A stretch of 64,000 bases of DNA. It comes from Piromyces finnis finn (taxonomy: Eukaryota > Fungi > Neocallimastigomycota). Numbering within the stretch: position 1 is the first letter of the stretch; each line of letters opens with the position of its first letter. The position numbers and the translations under genes are program-made. The notes under the pieces are model-generated. The model was given only the letters and a program-made list of their open reading frames with translations. It made no database searches and had not been told where the DNA came from. Where the stretch lies: the NCBI GenBank assembly GCA_002104945.1, contig MCFH01000003.1, forward strand, positions 1,302,001 through 1,366,000. The letters are read 5' to 3'. This document shows positions 1 to 18,050 of the stretch, piece by piece.

Positions 1-7
1 AAAAAAA

Positions 8-305
<298 letters not shown>

Positions 306-348
306 ATTTCCTGTTTATTTATAATTATTTAAATATATATTTTTAAAG

Positions 349-714
349 TGTGTAAGTGAATTTAATAATAAAAACCGTATTAAATTGCTTACTTTTGTAA
401 CTGGTAATTCTCAAATTCCAGTTACAGGATTTTCAGATATGATAAATTGCTCTGGGGTTAAAGGCTTTCATATATGTAAGATAGATAGAGAAGATGGATT
501 ACCAGTTTCTCATACATGGTAATTAAATAGATTTATTATATATATATAATTTTATAATTGATTTATTTAAATTATTTATTTAAATTATAAATATTTTTTC
601 AATAAATATAGTTTTAATCAAATCGATTTACCTATTTATAAATCATATTCATCATTAAAACGTAATTTATTGTTAGCAATTACTGAAGGTTGTGATTCAT
701 TTTTAATAAAATAA
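349..714 (+). CDS. Last two exons of a HECT E3 ubiquitin ligase (5' part lies outside the window)
   Basis: Exons 349-518 and 612-714 (AG/GT bounded, phase 2) give CVSEFNNKNRIKLLTFVTGNSQIPVTGF...LPVSHTC|FNQIDLPIYKSYSSLKRNLLLAITEGCDSFLIK*. This is a HECT C-lobe with catalytic Cys in SHTCFN and Phe at -4 from the C-terminus. Confidence 0.9.
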
Positions 715-873
715 AAAAATTTCATATTGATTATTAATTAAAAAATAAAAAATACAATGATAATTTTTTTTTTTTTTTTTTTCAATATTATTATTTTTAC
801 ACATAAAATGTTATTAATTTTTAATACTTTAATTTTATATAATTTTATTTCATATTAAGACTTTGTGATAAAA

Positions 874-906
<33 letters not shown>

Positions 907-972
907 AATTAATTAATTAATTAATTAATTAATTAATAATAATTCTTTTATAATTAAAAAATCTTTTTTACT

Positions 973-3924
973 CTAAGTCTTTAATTCATTAATTAAATTT
1001 TTGATACAATTATTTATTGATGATTCATTAATACTAAGATTTGCCAATATTTTTACCACTTCTTTTTCTTTCTTTTCTAATACAGTTTTTATTATTTCTT
1101 TTTTCTTTTTTCTTTCTTCTTTTTTCTTTTTCTTTTCTTCTTGCTTCTTATTCCTTATTTCTTGTTTCTTTTTCTTTTCTTCTTGCTTCTTCTTCTTTTC
1201 TTCTTGTTTCTTTATTTCTTCTTTTTCCTTTTCCTCCTTTTCTTTTTTCTTTTCTTCTTGTTTCTTTTTCTCTTCTTCTTCTTTTTCTTCATTTATTACT
1301 TCTTCGAAAAAGTCTTTTGGCATGACATTCTTTGGGAAACTATGATAAAATTTGAAATAATTATTAGCTTCTTCGGTGAAACATCCCATGCTTTTAATAT
1401 CATTAATCACTTTATTCCAATTTTCATCCATTTTAAGAGTGGTAGAATTTCCAAAAATAATAAGTGATTTACGTGCACGTGTAATAGCAACATTTAGTCT
1501 TCTTTTATCACGAAGGAATCCAATTTGATTAGTTCTGGAACGAACAGTAGATAGAATAACAATATCACTTTCTTGACCTTGATATCCATCAACTGTAAGA
1601 ACACTAATGAAATCAAGAATATTGGCTTTCATGAATTCATCCATGAATTTTTTATTATCTAAATTAATTTGCTTTTCATAAAATTGAATAGTCATATCAT
1701 TAAGATTATTTATGAATCGTGTTCTTTCTTCATTAAAATATTTTATCAATTTTCTTTTAATTAATGAAACTTGAGCATTATATGGTGATATAATAGCTAT
1801 TTTTTTATTGAAATAAAGATCAGGATATCTATGAAGTAGTTCAACAACACAATTTAAAACTTGAGTAGCTTCTGATTCATTACAACTAGAAGATGAATTA
1901 TTATCAGAAATACTTCCTTTTCCCATTTTACCTGATATATTAAAGAATTGAACTGGTCCTAATTTATAATCATACTTACACCATGGACCAATCCATTCTT
2001 CTGATTTAACATTTTCACCATCTGCAATTTTTTTATTGTAGAAACAGCTAGAAGCTAGTACACTTATCTTAGGATGCATACGATATTGAGTATCAAGAAG
2101 ATAAAGTGAATCTGGTGAATTTCTTTGTAAACGTTCAAAGAAACTTAAATCGTAATAACATTTTTCAGCAATTTTATTTATTACAGTTGGAGGTAGTTGT
2201 TTATGGTCACCAATAAGAACAATTTGTGGTATATCATAACATAATGGAATTAAAGTAGTTAATTCGGTTCCTTGACAAGCTTCATCGATAATTAAAAGAG
2301 AAATTTTACTTTTTATTTTTTCAATACATTTATTACCACTACTACATAGAGTACTAATGATAACATCACATTTCTTTAGATAATTTTCAATTTTCTCTTT
2401 TGATAATTTTTGATATTTTTTTCCATTTTTAGTATTTTTTTTTGGTGAATGATCATTTGGACCAAAGTGATACCTGGCTCTTTCATTTGAATATCTAAAT
2501 GTTTTAACATCATCATCTGTTTACATAAAATATAAAATATTTTTAATATAATAATAAAATATTATTAAAAAATAAATTATTAATTAAGTTAAAAAAAAAT
2601 AATTATTAAAATGTAAATAATACTTTCCAAATAAATAAATAAATAAATTATATAAATAATATAATAGTTTTTTATTTCACATTTTCAATTAATTACCTTT
2701 TTCTAATCGATCATAAATTTCATCACATGCAAAATTACTTGGAGCACAAACTAATATTTTTGTTATTCTAGACTTTTCTTTATCGACTTTAAGATGTCGT
2801 TTAATAAGTGCCTTAATTATTGTGGTTTTACCAGTGCCGGGTGGTCCTTGAATCATAGAGAACTTTCTATTCCATACTTTTTCTAAAATTAAAGATTGGG
2901 ATTGATTTAAATTAAAATCATTGATGATTTTTCTAGTAATTTCATTGACTTGAGAATCATTCTCTCTATAAAGCATACGATTATTTATATTATCGAAATT
3001 TCCTGTCGTAATAAGATTGCTTATAAAAGATGATTTTGGTGTCATTAATGCTTTATACTCTTTACAAACTGAACCAAAAGACATAACATGAATGCAAATC
3101 CAATGACTATTTCGAGTTCTATAAATTTCATATTTCAATTTTTTAATATTTGATTCATTCTTTAGTTGAGCACATTTAACCTCGAACTCTTTATTAGGAT
3201 CAATTTTTATAATAGAATTAATATTATCTACAATAGCATCATCATAGTCTGAATCAGATTTACTACTGGTATCACTATCATCATAGTCAGAATAATCTTT
3301 ATCATTATAAACATGTTCAACAAAAGCTAAAGTTTCATAATAAACTATTTTGTAGTCATCACTTACTTTAGCTAAATAAATTAAATCATTTCTATGTATT
3401 TCACCAGATGATCTTTTACCCTTTTCATCTTCTTTAATTTTTTCATAATCCATACCATTATAACCGTCAATAAAATAATATGGCATTTTTACTTTGAAAT
3501 TAAAAAATGTATCATCTAAATTTGAGTGTCTTTTATTTGATTTAAATTCTGATAAAATAACTTCAACTGCATTTCCATTGAGATATTTTACCCAATTATT
3601 TTTTTGGGTTTTCAATTTATTTATTGTACTACAAAAGTCTCTAAAAGGTTCTTTAGCTTCTAAAAAGAATAAAGGTTTCATAATCTATATTAAAAATAAT
3701 AATAATAATAGTAATAATTTATTTAATAAAATTTTGAATGAAAGATTTCATAATATTATATATATATATAATATATCATTTACTTTTATATATTCATCCA
3801 TAGAAGTATAATTATTTTTTACAGCCTCGTAATTATTTTTTGAATTTTCATCCTCAGATTTTTTTAATAATTCCCAATAAAAGGGACTTTGACTAGAATT
3901 AAAATAACTGTAATTTAAAGGCAT
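973..3924 (-). CDS. SF1B Sen1/Upf1-like helicase, copy 1 (~890 aa, 3 exons)
   Basis: Exons 3784-3924, 2697-3684 and 973-2516 splice in frame (2673 nt). Motifs: YTSMDEYIK|IMKPLFFLE, GPPGTGKT, CAPSNFACDE, IIDEACQ, LIGDHKQLPPTV, QYRMHPKI, TVDGYQGQESD, RRLNVAITRAR. Start codon is inferred. Confidence 0.92.
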
Positions 3925-4457
3925 AATTGATAGTTCAGTTATATTTATATTATTATGGTTTGTTTGGTAATTATTTATTTCTTTTCTTGATATTTAGTAA
4001 TATTGAAAACGATAGTATTTTTCTATTTAATAATAATTAATAATATGTAGTCAACTACTTATACATATACTTTTTTTCTTTAAAATATATTCATTAAACT
4101 ATAGATAGATAAGAGAGAAATTAAAAATTTAGAATATAAGCAATAAATTAAAATAAATTAAACATTGCGCATTGAAATTCGTGAAAATAGAAAAGAAAAA
4201 AAAGGCATTATTAATATTATTTATTAATTTTTATCATTATTTTTTTTTTTTTTTTAATATCAAATATATTAATCTATAAAATGATTCATTTTTGTTCTTA
4301 TTATAATGGTCCATTAATAAAAATTTAGAAATGAAAAATTCATTTAGTTTTAGTATTATCGATCATATTCAAAAGAAAATTAACCAATCAAAATATGATT
4401 TGATTTAAAAGTTAAAATATTATTATAAATAAAACAATAATAAGAGACTAAGCTATG

Positions 4458-4720
<263 letters not shown>

Positions 4721-5831
4721 CTATTATCTATAATTATTATCTATTGTTTATTATTAATATTTATGTTTGCTTTTGTTTGAAAACCTTGGCTATGACTTTA
4801 TATTATGTCAAATTTATTAATATTAATAGATAATAGTAATTACATTTATTATTACAAAAGTTATATCTATTATTACATTGAATTAATAGAAATATTAATA
4901 AACTTATACTATAAATGTATCTAATGAAATTTCTAGATATTATTGTTAATGAATATTCTTATTAATACATTAATTACTTTTCCAATATTTTAAACAATTA
5001 TTACTATTACTATATTACTATTACTACTACTATTACTATTACTACTACTATTAACCTATTAATGTAATATTTTTTCTTTCATTTAATATTGTCAAATTAT
5101 AAAATTTAATAATAATAGAAATGAAAAAAAATCGTATATACTTATTATTATTAGTTATTCTATTAAATATTTATCAATTATATTTATTATATATTCATAT
5201 ATTCTTTAATATGCTCTTAGACTTACATCACCCATTTAAATTTTATTTTCCACTTTTTTTTTCTTCCTTTATTTATTATTTTTTTGAATATCATTATTTA
5301 TTACAATCTTTTTTTCAATTGTTGCTGAACAGTTAAATATTTGAATAAAACGCCACATTCAACTGTCAAAAATGAAAATTGAAAAATCAAACCTTAAAAA
5401 ATATAAAAATATCAATTTATAATTGTCAACAAAAACGGAAAATTTTAATATTAATTTAAAGTAGTTTTTTTTTTAAAAAATAAAAATATGGTAAATGGTA
5501 AAGTTAAATATTTACTTTAATAATTAAAAGTATATAGCAATAAACTACATATAAGCATATATGTATTAGTTAGCATTTTTTATTTTAATATTAAAATTAT
5601 TATAAAAATTATAAAAATTTATTGAATTTATAATTGAAAATAAAATGAATTTTGATTATTTATATAAATATAAATATATCTATTACTTTTAATATATATT
5701 TTAAATTTTCATTCATTTTTTTAATTTTAAACTTTAAAATACATTATATATATATAATATATATATAAATTATATGAATAGCATTATTTTGTCTTAAAAA
5801 CATAAAAGACTTTAACATCATAATTTATAAA

Positions 5832-5985
5832 ATGAATAATAATGAAAACAATAACAAAGATACAAATAATTTAGAGAGAAAACAAAAAATCAAGTATAAT
5901 GAAAACACAAGTAATTGTAGAATTTACTAATATTAAGGACTTCTCATTTCATAGAGTATAATTTAGTAATTATTATAATGATATT
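5832..5985 (+). pseudogene. Degenerate copy of exon 1 of the membrane-protein gene at 17096-18050
   Basis: ATGAATAATAATGAAAACAATAACAAAGATACAAATAAT...GAATTTACTAATATTAAGGAC...CATAGAGTATAATTTAGTAATTATTATAAT aligns to 17150-17296. It has a frameshift and CAA>TAA in the HRVQF motif. Confidence 0.75.
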
Positions 5986-6354
5986 TATATTAATATAACA
6001 TAACAAAAATTTAAAAATGCATTTCAATACATTTATATAACTACTATTCCGTAAATATATAATAAATATTAACATTGATGTAGGCTGATATAAAAATAAA
6101 GATTATTTATTACATTAGAATTAATATTTATAATTAAAAATATTAAATAGAATGATTAAAAATAAATATTGTTTATTATGTTATATATATATTTTTTGTT
6201 TTATTATAGTATATTTTAAGGTCTTGATATAATATGAAATTAAAAGTAAAGTAAAAATTAACAATATCTTTTGTTTAAAACTTTGAGAAAAAAAATTGAT
6301 GAATTTTTTATCGTTTATGCTCTAATATGAAATTTTCAATATCAAACATCTCTT

Positions 6355-10754
<4,400 letters not shown>

Positions 10755-12133
10755 ATTTTATATATTATTGTTTTAAAAAAAAGTATTCTTTGTAAATTAT
10801 AATTCAATAAATAATTAAAAATGCATCTATTCAATAAAGTAATGATAATATTATAAAATATTGATAATAAAAAAGAAAAATAATAATTATAGTACTTTAT
10901 ATATACTATTAATGACCATAAAAAAAAAATGTGCCCAATTTTTTTTTTCATTAAATTAAATACTTTTCAAAACTTTAATAAGCAAAAAAATTATACAATA
11001 TTTGTAGCAGTTACAAGCCACATCTTATAATAAATATTGTACTTTGTACTATTTATGATTAAACTTTTTATTAATAAATTCTTTTAATTTTTCGTATGTT
11101 TTATGAAAAAAAATACTAAAGCTTCAAAATTAATTTTATTAGTATCTTGATCAACATTAACAATATACAACAAATTAAGCTTCTTTAATTCTCCAAAAGA
11201 TCTTTTTTTCTTTATCATCTTTTCTATTATAACCATATATAATTAAAAATAGCAATATTTATAATAAACTTCATTCTTAAATATTATATCAATAATGTTT
11301 ATTACATATTTAAGGTTTAATATTTACGATAAAATGTATATTTAATACTATAAAATATTGAAAAGACTCATAATTGTAATTATTTAGTATTTTAAATAAA
11401 GGTATTAATTTGCTTTAAATAAACTTTTTTTTCGGACTATTTAGCTCTGTTTAATTGAACAAATTTTTTACAATTAATACTATTTTAAAATTACTATTCC
11501 TCTTATTATTCTATTATAATGACATATTATTTTTCTCACATAATATTTAAGATATCATAGAAATATATCCTATGGAATTAATTAATGTTGTTTAATAACT
11601 TTCCTATATCTATCATTACAAATACTACTCTAAAATAATACTACATATAAAAATTTTTATTTCAAAAACGATAAAACGATTTAAGAAATAAATATATAAA
11701 TAAAAAAAAATATTTAAAACTGAGAATATATTTTGATTATATTTATTTGAGAAACTTTATCTTTATTTATTATTTTATTAGAGTTATTGGGATAGTATGA
11801 AATTTGTATACTAATAATTATTGACTATGCAATATATTATATATATATATTAACTTTTTGCTAGATTTGTATAAATTATATAGAAAAATAAAATTGTTTT
11901 TTCTTTTTTAAATATAATATTTTTTTTTTGCCTTTATAATAATTATAATATAAGGTATTTATATATATTTTATAAAATTTCAATAATAAATTGAATTAAT
12001 TTAATTTTCTTGTTATTGATTTTTTAAAAGAAGTTAATAGCATCATTAATATAAAAACGATGATTAAAAGATTAAAGTATTATAATTCATGAGATATACA
12101 TTATTTTTACCATTATATAATAATATTATGATA

Positions 12134-14965
12134 TTAAAAATAAAAACATTCAGACATATTATTTTGTTTTTTAATTCGTGTTTTATTTATTCTTGATGAT
12201 TCATTAATATTAAGACTGGACATTAATTTTGCTATTTCTTTCTTTTCCACTTCTTGTTGAATTTTTCCTCTTTCTTTTTCTTTTTTCTTTTCTTCTTGTT
12301 TCTTTTTCTCTTCTTCTTCTTTTTCTTCATTTATTACTTCTTCGAAAAAGTCTTTTGGCATGACATTCTTTGGGAAACTATGATAAAATTTGAAATAATT
12401 ATTAGCTTCTTCGGTGAAACATCCCATGCTTTTAATATCATTAATCACTTTATTCCAATTTTCATCCATTTTAAGAGTGGTAGAATTTCCAAAGATAATA
12501 AGTGATTTACGTGCACGTGTAATAGCAACATTTAGTCTTCTTTTATCACGAAGGAATCCAATTTGATTAGTTCTGGAACGAACAGTAGATAGAATAACAA
12601 TATCACTTTCTTGACCTTGATATCCATCAACTGTAAGAACACTAATGAAATCAAGAATATTGGCTTTCATGAATTCATCCATGAATTTTTTATTATCTAA
12701 ATTAATTTGCTTTTCATAAAATTGAATAGTCATATCATTAAGATTATTTATGAATCGTGTTCTTTCTTCATTAAAATATTTTATCAATTTTCTTTTAATT
12801 AATGAAACTTGAGCATTATATGGTGATATAATAGCTATTTTTTTATTGAAATAAAGATCAGGATATCTATGAAGTAGTTCAACAACACAATTTAAAACTT
12901 GAGTAGCTTCTGATTCATTACAACTAGAAGATGAATTATTATCAGAAATACTTCCTTTTCCCATTTTACCTGATATATTAAAGAATTGAACTGGTCCTAA
13001 TTTATAATCATACTTACACCATGAACCAATCCATTCTTCTGATTTAACATTTTCACCATCTGCAATTTTTTTATTGTAGAAACAGCTAGAAGCTAGTACA
13101 CTTATCTTAGGATGCATACGATATTGAGTATCAAGAAGATAAAGTGAATCTGGTGAATTTCTTTGTAAACGTTCAAAGAAACTTAAATCGTAATGACATT
13201 TCTTTTCAGCAATTTTATTTATTACAGTTGGAGGTAGTTGTTTATGGTCACCAATAAGAACAATTTGTGGTATATCATAACATAATGGAATTAAAGTAGT
13301 TAATTCGGTTCCTTGACAAGCTTCATCGATAATTAAAAGAGAAATTTTACTTTTTATTTTTTCAATACATTTATTACCACTACTACATAAAGTACTAATG
13401 ATGACATCACATTTCTCAAGATAATTTTCAATTTTCTCTTTTGATAATTTTTGATATTTTTTTTCATATTTAGTATTTTTTTTTGGTGAATGATCATTTG
13501 GACCAAAGTGATACCTGGCTCTTTCATTTGAATATCTAAATGTTTTAACATCATCATCTGTTTACATAAAATATAAAATATTTTTAATATAATAATAAAA
13601 TATTATTAAAAAATAAATTATTAATTAAGTTAAAAAAAAATAATTATTAAAATGTAAATAATACTTTCCAAATAAATAAATAAATAAATTATATAAATAA
13701 TATAATAGTTTTTTATTTCATATTTTCAATTAATTACCTTTTTCTAATCGATCATAAATTTCATCACATGCAAAATTACTTGGAGCACAAACTAATATTT
13801 TTGTTATTCTAGACTTTTCTTTATCGACTTTAAGATGTCGTTTAATAAGTGCCTTAATTATTGTGGTTTTACCAGTGCCGGGTGGTCCTTGAATCATAGA
13901 GAACTTTCTATTCCATACTTTTTCTAAAATTAAAGATTGGGATTGATTTAAATTAAAATCATTGATGATTTTTCTAGTAATTTCATTGACTTGCGAATCA
14001 TTCTCTCTATAAAGCATACGATTATTTATATTATCGAAATTTCCTGTCGTAATAAGATTGCTTATAAAAGATGATTTTGGTGTCATTAATGCTTTATACT
14101 CTTTACAAACTGAACCAAAAGACATAACATGAATGCAAATCCAATGACTATTTCGAGTTCTATAAATTTCATATTTCAATTTTTTAATATTTGATTCATT
14201 CTTTAGTTGAGCACATTTAACCTCGAACTCTTTATTAGGATCAATTTTTATAATAGAATTAATATTATCTACAATAGCATCATCATAGTCTAAGTCAGAT
14301 TTACTACTGGTATCACTATCATCATAGTCAGAATAATCTTTATCATTATAAACATGTTCAACAAAAGCTAAAGTTTCATAATAAACTATTTTGTAGTCAT
14401 CACTTACTTTAGCTAAATAAATTAAATCATTTCTATGTATTTCACCAGATGATCTTTTACCCTTTTCATCTTCTTTAATTTTTTCATAATCCATACCATT
14501 ATAACCGTCAATAAAATAATATGGCATTTTTACTTTGAAATTAAAAAATGTATCATCTAAATTTGAGTGTCTTTTATTTGATTTAAATTCTGATAAAATA
14601 ACTTCAACTGCATTTCCATTGAGATATTTTACCCAATTATTTTTTTGGGTTTTCAATTTATTTATTGTACTACAAAAGTCTCTAAAAGGTTCTTTAGCTT
14701 CTAAAAAGAATAAAGGTTTCATAATCTATATTAAAAATAATAATAATAATAGTAATAATTTATTTAATAAAATTTTGAATGAAAGATTTCATAATATTAT
14801 ATATATATATAATATATCATTTACTTTTATATATTCATCCATAGAAGTATAATTATTTTTTACAGCCTCGTAATTATTTTTTGAATTTTCATCCTCAGAT
14901 TTTTTTAATAATTCCCAATAAAAGGGACTTTGACTAGAATTAAAATAACTGTAATTTAAAGGCAT
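12134..14965 (-). CDS. SF1B Sen1/Upf1-like helicase, copy 2 (~850 aa, 3 exons)
   Basis: Exons 14825-14965, 13738-14725 and 12134-13557 splice in frame (2553 nt). Same motifs as copy 1; near-identical direct repeat offset by ~11.04 kb. Confidence 0.92.
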
Positions 14966-15453
14966 AATTGATAGTTCAGTTATATTTATATTATTATGGT
15001 TTGTTTGGTAATTATTTATTTCTTTTCTTGATATTTAGTAATATTGAAAACGATAGTATTTTTCTATTTAATAATAATTAATAATATGTAGTCAACTACT
15101 TATACATATACTTTTTTTCTTTAAAATATATTCATTAAACTATAGATAGATAAGAGAGAAATTAAAAATTTAGAATATAAGCAATAAATTAAAATAAATT
15201 AAACATTGCGCATTGAAATACGTGAAAATAGAAAAGAAAAAAAAAGTACTCTGAAACTTTAAACTAATCAAATGAAAATCCATTTTAATATTTATAATCT
15301 ATTAATATAAAATTTATTCTATGTCCATTTTTTTAATAATATTTATTATAATATCCAAAAAAATTAACCAATTAAAATATGATTTAATTAAAGTTAAAAT
15401 ACCTCTGTTTTAGCAAAACTAGAAATATAATATTTTAAGATACTCCAATTATT

Positions 15454-15670
15454 ATTACTATTATATTACTATTACTATTACTATTACTATTACTATTACT
15501 ATTACTATTACTATTACTATTACTATTACTATTACTATTACTATTACTATTACTATTACTATTACTATTACTATTACTATTACTATTACTATTACTATTA
15601 CTATTACTATTACTATTACTATTACTATTACTATTACTATTACTATTACTATTACTATTACTATTACTAT
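15454..15670. repeat. (TACTAT)n hexanucleotide microsatellite
   Basis: Directly visible; a shorter, more degenerate counterpart lies at ~4990-5050 in the first duplicated unit. Confidence 0.95.
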
Positions 15671-17095
15671 TAACCTATTAATGTAATATTTTTTCTTTCA
15701 TTTAATATTGCCAAATTATAAAACCTTAATAATAATAGAAATGAAAATAAATCGTATATACTTATTATTATTAGTTATTCTATTAAACATTTATCAATTA
15801 TATTTATTATATATTCTTTAATATGCTCTTAGACTTACATCACCCATTTAAATTTTATTTTTCACTTTTTTTCTTCCTTTATTTATTATTTCTTTGAATA
15901 TCATCATTCATTTTTGTTGACAATTAATTCAAATACTATTTTAATTTTTAACTTTTGATAATTTTATAAATTATAAATTATAAATTCATAAATCACTTTA
16001 GGCCCTATTTTATTACTAATTACCATTTTAATCAAATTTTTCTTTTTTTTTTTACTACTCATATATAATAAGTTTAACATTATTGCTTCTAAATTTAATT
16101 TAAACCACTTTAACACCCTCCCAATAAATAATAATTAATGATTAAATCAACCTATTTCACTATATTTTCCTATTCAATCTTACTGAATATAATATTTTTA
16201 ATTTCTTAATCCTTTTTAGTCAGCTACTTTAAACCATTCATTTAGTTAATGTCCTCCATTAATATAAAATCTGTAACAAAAAATATATATATATTAAACA
16301 AAAAATTAAAAAGCAAAAAGTTAAATTATTATCAAAACTGATAATAGTAATTTAGCGGCAACTTCAAACATTTTGGAAAGAAACTATAATATAAAAAGTT
16401 AAATAGTAACAAGAAAATTGGAAAATATTTCTTAAGTATAATGTGTATATTATCATTATTTTGTTAAAGAGCCATTTAAAGTTTAATTACTATTGAAAAA
16501 AACAAAAAAAGTTTTTTAAAGAATAAATATTTAAAATTATTATATAATTATTTTTGGTTTAAAAATTTGTCTATAATTAAAAAAATTTTAACTTTAATAA
16601 ATATTTAAATAAAACTAAACAAAAAAGTATAATAAAAAAAAACAATTTTATTAATTATACTTTTTAATTTTTTAATTATACCTCATTCTTTTTTTTTTTT
16701 TATTATCTTTTTACTTCATTTATTAAACATTATATAAAAGCAAAATTTAATTATTAAGTATACAATTATTATATTATCATTCATTTTTTTTTTTTTTTTT
16801 ACTTAATAATAAAAGCAATATTTAAAAAAAAAAAAAGAACTTTGAAAATTATAAATTACTACTTTACATAAAAAATAAATTAATATATGGTGGTGAAAAT
16901 CAAAGTGAATAGTAAAATATTAATAAAATAATTGATATTCCCGAAAGTCTTTTATATATAAATATATTTATATATAGATAGACAGATAGATATAATTTTT
17001 CTTTTTTATTTATTTATTTTTTGTTCAAAATATAAATAAAAAAAAAAAAAAAACTTTATTTTTAAAAGGTTTAAATATCAAAATTGAAATAGAAA

Positions 17096-18050
17096 ATGAA
17101 TTTACTTCATCGTAATAATCATGATAGTAACAATGCATCATCATCTCATATGAATAATAATAACGAAAGCAATGACAAAGATACAAATAATTCAACGGAA
17201 AATGAAAAACCAAAACCAACAAAAGCACAAATTGCAGAATTTACTAATATTAGAGATTTACCACTTCACAGAGTACAATTTGGTAATTATTATAATAATA
17301 TATTAGATTTTTTTTTTATACTTGAATAATAATATTAATATACTAATAATTTTCTATTTATTGTTTTTTAAATTAATTTATATATATTACATATATATAG
17401 TTGAATATAGAGGAGGGGATTCAATTTTTTTATTAAGAGTATCGATTACCTTTGCAATTATTACTATTATAACCTATATCGTATTATCATATGTTATTGA
17501 TGTTAATGTAAAAGATTATGAATCGAAATGGAAAAAAATATATACAAATATTTTCATAAGTTATTCTAGTGGAATTTCCTTCATTTTTATTACATGGGGA
17601 GTAGCATTTTATTTTGTTAGTCAGGTTATAAGTCAAAGAATTGATGCTGAATTATTACATAATGAATATAATATAGATGGTAATAAAATACTTTTTATAC
17701 GTGGATCTATACCTGATTTTTATCATTTCAAAAAAGAATTAACAAAAGGTTGTAATATAAAGTTGGTAAAGGTACCCTTTCTTTTTAATAATAAAATTTC
17801 CAAAACTCTTCATTCTGAAAAAATAGATGATTTTATTCCATATTCCACCTATAATTATCCTCAATTCCAAACAAATAATTATTATAGTTATAACGCTGAA
17901 CCATCCAATAATAATAGTTCTGATTCATTAGATTCATTGGATTCCATAAATAACAAACCAAAATCAATAAATACCATACAAAGAGCAATTAATAACAGTA
18001 GTAAATTAGAAAAAATTTTAATTGCAACACCAATTAATTTATCAAGCTAA
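17096..18050 (+). CDS. Hypothetical membrane protein, 2 predicted TM helices (~278 aa, 2 exons)
   Basis: Exons 17096-17282 and 17401-18050 join in phase 1 (QF-V-EYRGGDSIFLLR). Hydrophobic stretches VSITFAIITIITYIVLSYVI and IFISYSSGISFIFITWGVAFYFV. Start could instead be the ATG at 17150. Confidence 0.75.

Noticed and set aside
1001-1467. Plus-strand F/S/L-rich ORFs (also 12254-12505, 45572-48778, 3494-3811, 14535-14852)
   Set aside because: Antisense shadows of K/E-rich or other real minus-strand exons; no independent motifs.
10960-11260. Coding-looking minus-strand stretch (MIKKKRSFGELKKLNLLYIV...)
   Set aside because: Short, stop-interrupted and without a recognisable motif; could be a relic but cannot be supported.
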